Positions 34,299-43,549 of a stretch of DNA of 48,865 nucleotides are shown here, piece by piece. A program made the position numbers and the translations under genes. The notes under the pieces are model-generated. The model did not search any database. It saw nothing but the letters and a program-made list of their open reading frames with translations, and was not told the DNA's origin. The stretch comes from Chloroflexota bacterium (GTDB lineage Bacteria; Chloroflexota; Anaerolineae; Aggregatilineales; J027). The stretch is from contig JAKEEQ010000091.1 of assembly GCA_022616515.1 (NCBI GenBank), positions 1 to 48,865 of the forward strand, in the 5' to 3' direction. How positions within the stretch are numbered: the first letter of the stretch is position 1; each line of letters starts with the position of its first letter.

Positions 34299-37200
34299 CT
34301 AATCACGTTCACCGTTATAGATATTGAAATTATGAATCGTTCCGTGATTTTCAATGATGATCTGGACGTGAATGACGGGTCGCATTTGTTCGCCATTTGG
34401 TTCATCGACCACCTCCAGCACATTTTCACGCATAACACTGGTTTTCACAGTCGGACGCTCATCAGCCTCGATATGGATAATCACCGGCGTTTCATTACCT
34501 GCTCTGATGTTGATCGTCTCGCCTGTGTCATCCTCGATGCTGTCTGGCATGATTTCAGGCAGCACTGACGACACTCCAAAGTTGTCGGAAGGCGGCACTT
34601 CAGTTACCTCTTCAGCTATTTCTGGCTCAGGTGAAATGCCTTTCAGCCGCTGGTAGGACCGGATAATTTGCCTGTGGTAGTAAGGGTTTTCGAGATACAT
34701 GCGGCGCTTGTTTTCATCGGGAATGAAATCTGCAATATAATGTAAGTCATCATAAAGCTGCTCAAGCAGTTGCTCTGCTCGTGTATCCCCAACGGCATTC
34801 CACACCTGACAGACTTTGTAAAAAACGTCGGTATCCATCGAAAAACTACGATATAAATCGCGCCACTCCGGTAACTGTAAGGTTTCCCAGATACGATTAG
34901 CACTTTCTAAGGCGGGTTCGATCTCGTTGCAGGCAATTAAGTAATCCAGAACATACATTTGTCCAGTTAGAGCAAGGTCCGCCCCCACTGTATCGGCTCC
35001 AGTGTCTAAGTGCGACTCAATACTGCGCAGTCGTTCGTAGTATACCCCGGCCTCATCAAGTTGTCCGGCAAGAGTCAACTTGTGTACAAGATCAGCCAAC
35101 GCGGCGAAAATTAATAGCGATGACTGCGCTGACTCATTAATCTCCAACGTCTCTCTAGCCGATTGTATAGCCTTCTCAAAATCGCCAACTTCAAAGTAAT
35201 AATTTGTCAGCGCACCATGTAAACGCCCAAATTTACCCAGCCGACGGGCGAGTTCAAACGCTTCATCAAGATTACGCTTCGCTTCGCTAAAATCCCCAAA
35301 GTGACAGTGATAAAATGCCAGAGTGATACATGTCTCCATAATTCCGGAATAGTCAGAGATTTCTTGATAGATACGTAAAGACTTATCGAAAAAATTCCAT
35401 ATCTCTGCGTAGTTATTTTGTCGCCCTTCGTAGGACGCAAGCCGTTTAAAAACAGTGGCTTCCCCCTGCCTGTAACCGATCTCCTGCGCCAATTCAAGCG
35501 CCTGATGCCAATATGCTTCTTGCTCAGCCGTATCCACCAATCCGGCTATTCTTATCAGTGTCTCGACCTGTTTGCGGCGGTTACCAGTTTCTTGGTAGAT
35601 AGCCAGAGCTTGACGCAGATAGTCCAGTGCTTCTTTTTCATCCGGGTGGTGATGAAGCTGGATGATGGACATATTGCATAGTGCGTCTGCCTCTAAATCA
35701 CGCGCCTGTGCGACCCGGGCGAGTGCATGTGCCTTCCCGGTATGCTGTTCGTAAAAGGGCAAGTTGAAGGGCTGCGAGTAATATTGCGCCAGCAGTAAAT
35801 GTGCATTCGCTTCAATCGCCACTTCCTGAGCAGATTGCGCCAATTGGATGACAGTATCGGCTAAAGCCGGAACTTTATCACGATTGGCTGTTGCCACTGC
35901 GTGACGCAGTTGTCTTAACCTAACTTCTGCCTGCTGTGCTGGAATCTGGCTCGCATCGGCAATGAGCATCAATTCATCAAGGTCTGCCGCCTCCTGGTCC
36001 CACTGGTTGAAATTGTGATATGCCTCTGTGCGTTCCATAAGCAGCGTATACCGTTTCCGGTCATCAAGTGCGTGACTGATTTCTAAAGCCCGCGTAAAGT
36101 ACTCAATTGCGATTTCATGCTGGTAACTGTCGGCGGCGGCCTGTGCTGTCTTTTCAAGATAATCGAGGGCCTTTACGCCAAGTTCATGAATGCCATGCTG
36201 GTAAGCTGCCTCATAATGATAAGCAAGCTCCTGATAATGAGCCGGAATCTCGCTGGGAAACAAATTTTCGAGAGTTTCGGCAGCGCTCTGATGCAGAACT
36301 CGTCGCCGGGCGCGAAGCTGCATTGAGTACGCGGCATCGCGCAGCAAAGCATGTTTAAACAGATACCGCATCTGATTAAGCGCGGTCCATACCGTTTCAT
36401 GTTCTGCCGCGGAGATCTTCTCACTCAGGTTTGTATCATCCTCCAGCATAGCCGTCAGCACATGCACCTCAAACTCACGTCCCAGTACCGATGCTGCCTG
36501 CACCACATCCTTCACTTCCAGTGTAAGCTGGTCCAGCCGTGCAATGAAGATCGCCCTTAAATCTCCCGGTAATGGTGAACTGTGTTGTGGGCTGCTGGCG
36601 AGATGCCACATGCCATCCTTGAAGGTAATATCACCCTGACCACGTAAGTAGAGCAAAATCTGCTCAGCAAAAAATGGATTACCTTCGGAGCGCTGCATCA
36701 CCAGTTCAAGCAGCGACGCACTGATTTTGTTTCCCAGAACCGATTCGGCCAGCCGCTCCACCGCCACGTCGGGCAAGTCCTGCAAATGAACAATGTGGAA
36801 AGGTATATTCGGCGGAAATTGGATTGGTTCGGGTAACTCGTCCAGGCGGGCTGTTGCAATAATCGCGATGGGGAAACCGTTCATGTTGCGCAACATCCGC
36901 TGGGCAAATGCTCGAGTCTCGGCGTCCATCCAGTGGATGTCCTCCGTTACCACAATCGTCGGTCGGTAGAGACTCCCTGCCTGCATCAGAGTCTTGAGAG
37001 CGGTAAACACCATTTCATGCCGGGCTTCCGGGTCCACCTCCGAATAGAGAGAGTTTTCCCAGTATAAATCCAGCAAGGACCCGATAAATGAACGCAGCCG
37101 GTTCAATTCACGGGCAAATTCCGGCGGAGACAGCGCCACTGCTTCATCCATTTTGCGTCCGAAATTTCGCTTATTGACGGCATCCGATGCCGCCGGGGAT

Positions 37201-38735
37201 TGTTCGAAGTACTGCCTTAATCCGTAACGAAATGGGCTGAGCGGCTGCTGCACAATCTGGTTGGTTTGCCCCATTCGCCATTCAATCACGATTCCTTGTT
37301 GAGCCACACTGGCATCAAGCCGCTGCCGGAACTCGTGTATCAAGCGACTCTTACCCAACCCGGCCTCACCTGACACCACACAGATTCCGGCAAACCGTTC
37401 CTGATCGGTATCAGTCGGCAGCAAAATCGGCTGGACAAAATCCAGGAGCTGCTGCAATTCTTCTTCGCGTCCAACCATTTCCCCCTGAAAAAACACTTCA
37501 AGACGCTGCTCTCTGGGTTCAATCAGGCGATACAACGGCTGCGGGTCTTTGAAACCCTTGAGTTCATATTCGCCGACAGGCTGAATTTCAAAATATCGCC
37601 GGGCACGCTGCGTTAATTGTTCATCGAGCCAGATTTCGCCCCAGGGTGCTTTAACCATTAGTCGCGCCGCCAGACTGACTCCACCCCCATAAGCTGTATA
37701 TTCGCCTCGATATGCTGAGCCTGTTTCGCCTGCAAATAGCGTCTGATAGGTAACCCCCGCTTTATATGTACCTGGAGTGATCGTCGGCAGGTCAAGCAGA
37801 AAATTTAGCGCCCGCACAATATCATTTTCGTGACTGGTCGGCATCCCCCAGAACATAAGGAGATTACAGCCCTTGTCGCCAAAGTCCACCCTCGCCAGAA
37901 ACCCGCCATATTTCTGCTGGAGATCAAACACGGACTGCACAAATGAATCAAGCTGCTGGACAGTGTCTATACCCATCAGGTTGACGAACACGGAAATCAC
38001 CTGTCGAAATTCTCCGCGTGTTTTACGCTGCAAAATCGCTTCTGGAACAAATTTATCCTGGCGGGGCATTTCCATGTCGGCGACAGGCTGCGGATCAGGC
38101 AGACGCCCTGTAACGGAGAGAACCCTTTGATGCCCCTCATCTCCCACCGCAATCACCTGCACCACATCAGACAGAATTTCATAAACGGGTCCTGTCAAAA
38201 TCATGTTGCCTGCCTGCGCATAATGTTCGGCTCCCGCGGCGTCTTCTACCGCCGTGCCATTGAAAAAGTATGCAGATTTAATGTCGGAATTACCTTCATC
38301 GGGACTCAAGATCCCCCACTGGACTGAACCCGACGCAATGCCAGATTTGACCGTAAAGGCAAACGCCCCATATGGTGTTTTTTGTGTCGGATTGGTCCGA
38401 ATGTAACTTTGAATTTCGCTTGCCGCCGCGAGAGCTTGCAAATATGCCAGACCTTTATCACCGATTTTGGGGATAGGAAAAAGAGCCGTGAACGCATCCC
38501 CCGCGAAGGTGGTGATAAAACCGCCCTGCTCATACACCGCCGTGACCAGCGGCTCAAAAATGGCGTCCATCACATCCGACATCGCCTCAGCCGCCTCATT
38601 ACCAAATTGTTTCAAGGTGTTGGTAACACTGCTAAAACCAGATATGTCAACAAACAGCGACACAGCCTCAAAGTGACCACTGAGTTGATGATTGGCATGA
38701 TTCTCAAGGATAAAGCGTGGCACTAAATATCTCAT
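34299..38735 (-). CDS. Tandem class III adenylate/guanylate cyclase domains - AAA/STAND ATPase - TPR array - unknown C-terminal domain
   Basis: Cyclase 1: SLFVDISGFSSVT, TFAGDAFTALF. Cyclase 2: ISVFVNLMGID, DFGDKGCNLLMFWG. Walker A: VVSGEAGLGKSRL (nt about 37346-37372). A long TPR-like helical region follows (aa about 830-1330). Confidence 0.9.
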   Translation of the reverse strand: MRYLVPRFILENHANHQLSGHFEAVSLFVDISGFSSVTNTLKQFGNEAAEAMSDVMDAIFEPLVTAVYEQGGFITTFAGDAFTALFPIPKIGDKGLAYLQALAAASEIQSYIRTNPTQKTPYGAFAFTVKSGIASGSVQWGILSPDEGNSDIKSAYFFNGTAVEDAAGAEHYAQAGNMILTGPVYEILSDVVQVIAVGDEGHQRVLSVTGRLPDPQPVADMEMPRQDKFVPEAILQRKTRGEFRQVISVFVNLMGIDTVQQLDSFVQSVFDLQQKYGGFLARVDFGDKGCNLLMFWGMPTSHENDIVRALNFLLDLPTITPGTYKAGVTYQTLFAGETGSAYRGEYTAYGGGVSLAARLMVKAPWGEIWLDEQLTQRARRYFEIQPVGEYELKGFKDPQPLYRLIEPREQRLEVFFQGEMVGREEELQQLLDFVQPILLPTDTDQERFAGICVVSGEAGLGKSRLIHEFRQRLDASVAQQGIVIEWRMGQTNQIVQQPLSPFRYGLRQYFEQSPAASDAVNKRNFGRKMDEAVALSPPEFARELNRLRSFIGSLLDLYWENSLYSEVDPEARHEMVFTALKTLMQAGSLYRPTIVVTEDIHWMDAETRAFAQRMLRNMNGFPIAIIATARLDELPEPIQFPPNIPFHIVHLQDLPDVAVERLAESVLGNKISASLLELVMQRSEGNPFFAEQILLYLRGQGDITFKDGMWHLASSPQHSSPLPGDLRAIFIARLDQLTLEVKDVVQAASVLGREFEVHVLTAMLEDDTNLSEKISAAEHETVWTALNQMRYLFKHALLRDAAYSMQLRARRRVLHQSAAETLENLFPSEIPAHYQELAYHYEAAYQHGIHELGVKALDYLEKTAQAAADSYQHEIAIEYFTRALEISHALDDRKRYTLLMERTEAYHNFNQWDQEAADLDELMLIADASQIPAQQAEVRLRQLRHAVATANRDKVPALADTVIQLAQSAQEVAIEANAHLLLAQYYSQPFNLPFYEQHTGKAHALARVAQARDLEADALCNMSIIQLHHHPDEKEALDYLRQALAIYQETGNRRKQVETLIRIAGLVDTAEQEAYWHQALELAQEIGYRQGEATVFKRLASYEGRQNNYAEIWNFFDKSLRIYQEISDYSGIMETCITLAFYHCHFGDFSEAKRNLDEAFELARRLGKFGRLHGALTNYYFEVGDFEKAIQSARETLEINESAQSSLLIFAALADLVHKLTLAGQLDEAGVYYERLRSIESHLDTGADTVGADLALTGQMYVLDYLIACNEIEPALESANRIWETLQLPEWRDLYRSFSMDTDVFYKVCQVWNAVGDTRAEQLLEQLYDDLHYIADFIPDENKRRMYLENPYYHRQIIRSYQRLKGISPEPEIAEEVTEVPPSDNFGVSSVLPEIMPDSIEDDTGETINIRAGNETPVIIHIEADERPTVKTSVMRENVLEVVDEPNGEQMRPVIHVQIIIENHGTIHNFNIYNGERD

Positions 38736-38846
38736 GGACTGATGACCCTCTGCGTTGGAATATATTTACAATCTTAACCGCAGTCCACCCTGCGGCGCTA
38801 ACGACCTCAATACTGTGGCAGCGACTTTTGCAGGCATCTTCTGGAT

Positions 38847-38883
38847 GAAACAAAAATTCCTCATGGGCGGCAGCATGAGGAAT
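38847..38883 (-). terminator. Rho-independent terminator of hemH
   Basis: Perfect 10-bp stem ATTCCTCATG - 8 nt loop - CATGAGGAAT, followed on the minus strand by TTTTGTTTC. It begins 23 nt after the hemH stop. Confidence 0.82.
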
Positions 38884-38905
38884 CAAATACAAAATCTAGA
38901 TGTGA

Positions 38906-39952
38906 TCAGCGTGGCAAACAACAATCCGGCGGGCAGATGTCGTGGTTGGCGGGACGCAGACCAATGGCGCGACGTTTAGGGTTAGCCGTCATCCGCTCAA
39001 CAATCAATTCTCGAATCATTGCGATGAATTTGGGGTGCGTCCCGACCGTCCCGGCCCTGACCATATTCATCCCCCATTCCTGAGTGGCCTGTAACGCCTC
39101 GGTATCAAGGTCATACATCACTTCCATGTGGTCCGAGATAAAGCCAACCGGCATGACAACGACGTCCGTTACACCCGCTTCATGCAGCGCTTCCAGATGG
39201 TCCACAATATCTGGCTCCAACCACGGCTGATGGGGCGGTCCACTGCGACTCTGATACACCAGTTCCCAATCCTCAAGTCCCGTCATTTCACCAATCAGGC
39301 GGCACGTTTCCATCAACTGGGCAACGTATGCACTTTTCTCTGCCATTGCCAGCGGGATACTGTGTGCGGTAAATACCAGTCGAGCATCTGCCTGCCGTTC
39401 CTGCGGAATCTGCTGCCAGACATCCTGCAACCGTTCGGCATTAGCTTCAATGTACAGTGGATGATTGTAGGCCATCCGTATTTTGTCGACAACGGGCGCA
39501 CCGTCGCCGACTTCTTGCTGCGCATCAAAGATATTTTCGCGATACTGGCGACAACCCGACCAGCAGCTATACATGGATGTATAAAATGCGAGTGCCCGCT
39601 TCACGCCGTCATCACACATCTGGCGGAGGGTATCTGGCAGGAGTGGATGCCAGTTGCGGTTACCAAAATAGACGGGCAATCTCGGACCATGCTCTGCTAA
39701 CTCTTTTTCCAGCGCGGCGATAAGCTGGCGGTTCTGTTCGTTGATTGGGCTAACGCCATCGAACATCCGGTAGTGCTCGGACACTTCAACGATGCGTTCA
39801 CGGGGAATATTACGCCCGCGCAGCACATTTTCCATGAATGGAATCACATCGTCCATTCCCTCCGGTCCACCAAAGGACACAATCAATATCGCATCATAGT
39901 CAACCGCTTCGTTATCGAAGGGAACATAGGTGGTCTTGTCAGGGTCAATCAT
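38906..39952 (-). CDS. hemH: Ferrochelatase (protoporphyrin or coproporphyrin type)
   Basis: Family-typical ILIVSFGGPEG, FTAHSIP, SRSGPPHQPWLEPD and PVGFISDHMEVMYDLD. 348 aa. Confidence 0.92.
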   Translation of the reverse strand: MIDPDKTTYVPFDNEAVDYDAILIVSFGGPEGMDDVIPFMENVLRGRNIPRERIVEVSEHYRMFDGVSPINEQNRQLIAALEKELAEHGPRLPVYFGNRNWHPLLPDTLRQMCDDGVKRALAFYTSMYSCWSGCRQYRENIFDAQQEVGDGAPVVDKIRMAYNHPLYIEANAERLQDVWQQIPQERQADARLVFTAHSIPLAMAEKSAYVAQLMETCRLIGEMTGLEDWELVYQSRSGPPHQPWLEPDIVDHLEALHEAGVTDVVVMPVGFISDHMEVMYDLDTEALQATQEWGMNMVRAGTVGTHPKFIAMIRELIVERMTANPKRRAIGLRPANHDICPPDCCLPR

Positions 39953-40016
39953 GCTGCCGTTGCATCTCCAATAATATCTTTTCGAGAACAGCTACCCATT
40001 GTACCGTATAGACAGC

Positions 40017-40046
40017 TTGCATTTTAGGCGAAACTTTGCGTAGAAT
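40017..40046 (+). promoter_or_regulatory. Candidate sigma70-type promoter for the GT4 operon
   Basis: TTGCAT (40017-40022) - 18 nt - TAGAAT (40041-40046), 27 nt upstream of the TTG start. Confidence 0.4.
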
Positions 40047-40072
40047 CAGAAAGCACCGAAGGGGTCATCACA

Positions 40073-41209
40073 TTGAAAGTTGCGATTTATACCGAAACTT
40101 TTTTGCCTAAATTAGATGGCGTAGTTACTGTTACCTGTTTACTCCTTGACCATTTCCGCGAGCGCGGGGTGGATGCTATTGTGTTTTCGCCGGGTCCGCA
40201 CGTCGAAAGCTATAACGGCTTTCGTGTCGTGTCTATCACACCCAGCGTACCGATGCCAATGTATCCTGAAGCACGGCTTTCCATCCCACTGCGGCGGAGT
40301 TATCGCATTCTAAAGGAATTTGACCCGGATATCATTCATGTAGCTAATCCCTGGTGTGGTGGCATCGCCATGCTGTACTACGCTAAAATGTTGGATAAAC
40401 CATTGGTGATGTCTTTCCATACCCATCTGATGGCGATGGCGAAGTTCTATAAACTCGGTTTTTTACAGAGGCCACTGTGGGGTATTCATCGCTTTCTGTA
40501 TCAAAAGGCCGATTACCGGGTGGCGACTTCGAAACGGGTTGTGCGTGAGTTGGAAGATCACCGTTTTGGGGAAACTGGTCTGTGGCGACGCGGCGTTGAT
40601 ACCGACGTATTTGCCCCGCGCATGAACGGCACAGCGGCGATGCGTGAACGACTGGCTGGCGGACATCCCGAACGTACACTGCTGCTGTTTGTAGGACGTG
40701 TCGCCGCTGAGAAGCAAATAGAGCAGATTGCTCACACGCTGGACACAATTCCCGAAACCCATCTGGCAATAATTGGCGATGGGCCATTTCGCCCGAACCT
40801 TGAGGAAGTTTTCAAAGATCGTAACGCAACCTTTGCCGGGTATCTCAGCGGCGATGATCTGACCGCAGCTTATTGTGCGGCAGATATTTTTGTCTTCCCG
40901 TCAGCCATTGAAACCTTCGGGTTGGTAGTAGCAGAGGCAATGGCAGTCGGCTTGCCGGTGGTCAGTAGCCGGGTGGGCGGTGTACCAGAACTGATTGAAC
41001 ATGGTCATAATGGGTATATCTTTGAAGTCAACGACACCGAACAAATGACCGCCCATGTTCAGGACCTGATTGACAATCCGGACAAGCGTCAGCAGATGGG
41101 TCGGGCCGCGCTTCAGGCCGTGCAGGGATTGACATGGGAAGCGATTAATGATGATCTACTGACCGAGTACCAAAGCCTGATCGAAAAGTATTCTGCAAAC
41201 GGAAAATGA
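40073..41209 (+). CDS. Glycosyltransferase family 4 (GT-B, SqdX/MgtA-like N-terminus)
   Basis: MKVAIYTETFLPKLDGV start and EX7E region SAIETFGLVVAEAMAVGLPVV...GGVPELIEHGHNGYIF. TTG start. Confidence 0.88.
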   Translation: MKVAIYTETFLPKLDGVVTVTCLLLDHFRERGVDAIVFSPGPHVESYNGFRVVSITPSVPMPMYPEARLSIPLRRSYRILKEFDPDIIHVANPWCGGIAMLYYAKMLDKPLVMSFHTHLMAMAKFYKLGFLQRPLWGIHRFLYQKADYRVATSKRVVRELEDHRFGETGLWRRGVDTDVFAPRMNGTAAMRERLAGGHPERTLLLFVGRVAAEKQIEQIAHTLDTIPETHLAIIGDGPFRPNLEEVFKDRNATFAGYLSGDDLTAAYCAADIFVFPSAIETFGLVVAEAMAVGLPVVSSRVGGVPELIEHGHNGYIFEVNDTEQMTAHVQDLIDNPDKRQQMGRAALQAVQGLTWEAINDDLLTEYQSLIEKYSANGK

Positions 41210-42075
41210 AAACGATTGATCCGCCCTTACAGAAGATAACGATTGGCGGCCTCACGCTTGCCTTTCGCGAAAGCGGTACGCCGGGCAAGCCGGTGATGAT
41301 ACTACTGCACGGGCTTGCCGAGACGAGTGCTTTCTTCTGGCGACCGTTGATCGCATCGTTCAACGATGACTATCACATATTCGCCTTTGATTTGTTGGGG
41401 CACGGCGATTCGGATAAGCCCGACGAAGGCTACGGAACACACCGCCAAACGTGGCTCATCAAGCAGGCTGTTGAAGCGCTTGGCATCACCCCCGCTGTTT
41501 ATGTTGGTCACTCGATGGGCGGTATTTTCTCGACGTATATGGCCGTTCGTTGGCCCGAACATGTGTCCCGTTTAATATTGTATGACACCCCACTGCCAGA
41601 TTCCCCACGCAAAAATCTGAAAACGATTGTGCGGTATGCGCCCTTAAAAAGTTCACTTATGTTTACGCCACTTATCCTGCCCTTTATATTAAGAATGGTC
41701 TTTTCGTCCATTCCATTTTTTCGTACAACCATGAAGTTAGCGCTGATTACATGGCGCATTCCATACCACACTCATCTGCTCAACCACGAATATATGGCGG
41801 AGGCCGAGCGCCACTCGCCCTATGCCCTCTTTGAAAATGCCCAGAGTGTTGTTTTGAAGACCAACCTTATTCAGGAGTTACAACGGCTGAATGTGCCAAC
41901 CTTAATTATTGTCGGCGATAATGACCTGATGGTCCCTGTTGCCGAGGCCCGGCAGTATGTCAGGTTAATCCACAACGCCGAGCTTGTTGTTGTTCCAAAT
42001 GCAGGGCATGTGTCCCTGCTGGATAATCCAGAAGTATTCAATTCTGCTGTCAAAAGTTTTTTGGAGAAAACATAA
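41206..42075 (+). CDS. Alpha/beta hydrolase (Ser nucleophile)
   Basis: LLHGLAET, GHSMGG nucleophile elbow, C-terminal NAGHVSLLDNPE. ATGA overlap with the GT4 stop. Confidence 0.88.
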   Translation: MKTIDPPLQKITIGGLTLAFRESGTPGKPVMILLHGLAETSAFFWRPLIASFNDDYHIFAFDLLGHGDSDKPDEGYGTHRQTWLIKQAVEALGITPAVYVGHSMGGIFSTYMAVRWPEHVSRLILYDTPLPDSPRKNLKTIVRYAPLKSSLMFTPLILPFILRMVFSSIPFFRTTMKLALITWRIPYHTHLLNHEYMAEAERHSPYALFENAQSVVLKTNLIQELQRLNVPTLIIVGDNDLMVPVAEARQYVRLIHNAELVVVPNAGHVSLLDNPEVFNSAVKSFLEKT

Positions 42076-43274
42076 TGTTAAATAAATTATTTGAAGATTC
42101 AGACCGCCCGCCGCCGGAAGTTCTGAAGGAAACTGCCCTTGTTCTCTTTGAAGAATATTGCAATGAATTTAAAAGAAATCCATCGCCGAAACTTTGCCTG
42201 AAATTTATTAAAGAGATGCCTAAAATCGCAGCCCATAAAGAACTGGTACAGCCTCTGGCTGAAGTACTGTTTGAGTGGCGGGATACATACATGGGCTTCG
42301 GAATGATCGCGGAATGGGATTATCTGGTGAAAAGTGTCAGCTTCAGGATATTTCGCGATCTGGGATTTGAAAAAGGATGGGAACTGGTCAGTCAGCTATC
42401 CCTGTCGCGTGTTTTGACGGCAAGTGTATTCGGGGACTTGAACGGTATCGAGAATGCCTATGAAATGGCAATGGAATTTGGCCTACCAGAGCGTGATCTG
42501 TTCGCCAATATCGAACGGATCAGCGCTTATATAAATTACTATGGTTATGCAAAGTTAAAGCCTTTGCACGAAGAAGCGCGGGGATATTTTGAAGCGACTA
42601 TGGCGCAGCCAGACCCCAGGCTTCAACTGCGTGCCCTTGTGATGATGTCACGTCTTGAAAGCAGCCTCGGCAAGCACGCAATTGCATTCGAATTAGCGCA
42701 ACAGGGTATTATTCTTGCGCAGGAACACAATCAAATTTCACTGGCAGTATCCCTTTTCCCGGTGATGATTTTGCCTTACCTTCAATCCAACACACGCACG
42801 CCTTATCTTAACGATGTATTTACCTATTGGGATCAAAACATCCCCGAAGATAACCTTTTCGGACGTGCCCTGTTTAGTGGCAACTATGGTGTTTTCCTGC
42901 TCAAACAAAAAGAGTATCCGGCTGCTATCCAGTATCTGAGAAGCGCCTGCATATTTTATGAGGTAGTAGGCTGGGAACAGAATCTGGGGCGTACTCTGCT
43001 ATCACTGGGCGCAGCGTGTGGATATACAGGTGATTATGACAGCGCAGTGGATGCTTTTGAGCAGGCACTCGAAATCTATGAGAGGCTGGATATAAGCGAC
43101 CATATCGCGATGGCTTTCAACAATCTGGGTTGGGTTCATGGCAAGATGGGCAACAGCAATCAGGCAATTGAATACCTGGAGCTTGCCTGGAGTGAATTAA
43201 AAGGTCTCCCGGAAAGTTCCTGGAAGACCAGTCTGCTGAACAAAATCACGGACGACTTAGAAAAACTTCAGTAA
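42075..43274 (+). CDS. TPR-repeat protein
   Basis: C-terminal TPR-like repeats (AIQYLRSACIFYEVVGW, AVDAFEQALEIYERLD, AIEYLELAW). TAATG overlap with the hydrolase stop. Confidence 0.68.
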   Translation: MLNKLFEDSDRPPPEVLKETALVLFEEYCNEFKRNPSPKLCLKFIKEMPKIAAHKELVQPLAEVLFEWRDTYMGFGMIAEWDYLVKSVSFRIFRDLGFEKGWELVSQLSLSRVLTASVFGDLNGIENAYEMAMEFGLPERDLFANIERISAYINYYGYAKLKPLHEEARGYFEATMAQPDPRLQLRALVMMSRLESSLGKHAIAFELAQQGIILAQEHNQISLAVSLFPVMILPYLQSNTRTPYLNDVFTYWDQNIPEDNLFGRALFSGNYGVFLLKQKEYPAAIQYLRSACIFYEVVGWEQNLGRTLLSLGAACGYTGDYDSAVDAFEQALEIYERLDISDHIAMAFNNLGWVHGKMGNSNQAIEYLELAWSELKGLPESSWKTSLLNKITDDLEKLQ

Positions 43275-43281
43275 CCCTGCA

Positions 43282-43479
43282 TCAACCGCAACCACCGCTG
43301 CCCGTTGGCGGAGGACATTCAGGGTCGGCAACGGTCATTTGACCATCCAGCTCATGGATGCGGGTGATGGCACTGCCATCATCTACGGCAGCGGCAGCGC
43401 CCTGTGTGGTCAACACGGGAATGGCAACTGCCAGAAGCAAGGCCAGTGCAAGTACTGCTATAATGAGTTTGCGAGTCAT
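43282..43479 (-). CDS. 65-aa secreted or membrane-anchored peptide with a C-terminal Cys pair
   Basis: Strong RBS AAGGAGG 7 nt upstream of ATG 43479. Sequence: MTRKLIIAVLALALLLAVAIPVLTTQGAAAAVDDGSAITRIHELDGQMTVADPECPPPTGSGGCG. Confidence 0.5.
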   Translation of the reverse strand: MTRKLIIAVLALALLLAVAIPVLTTQGAAAAVDDGSAITRIHELDGQMTVADPECPPPTGSGGCG

Positions 43480-43549
43480 CTTGTGCCTCCTTAAAGGACT
43501 GTTTACAGGCACAGGATGACTTTTTTTGCCCCCCAAATGAGCCGCCAGC

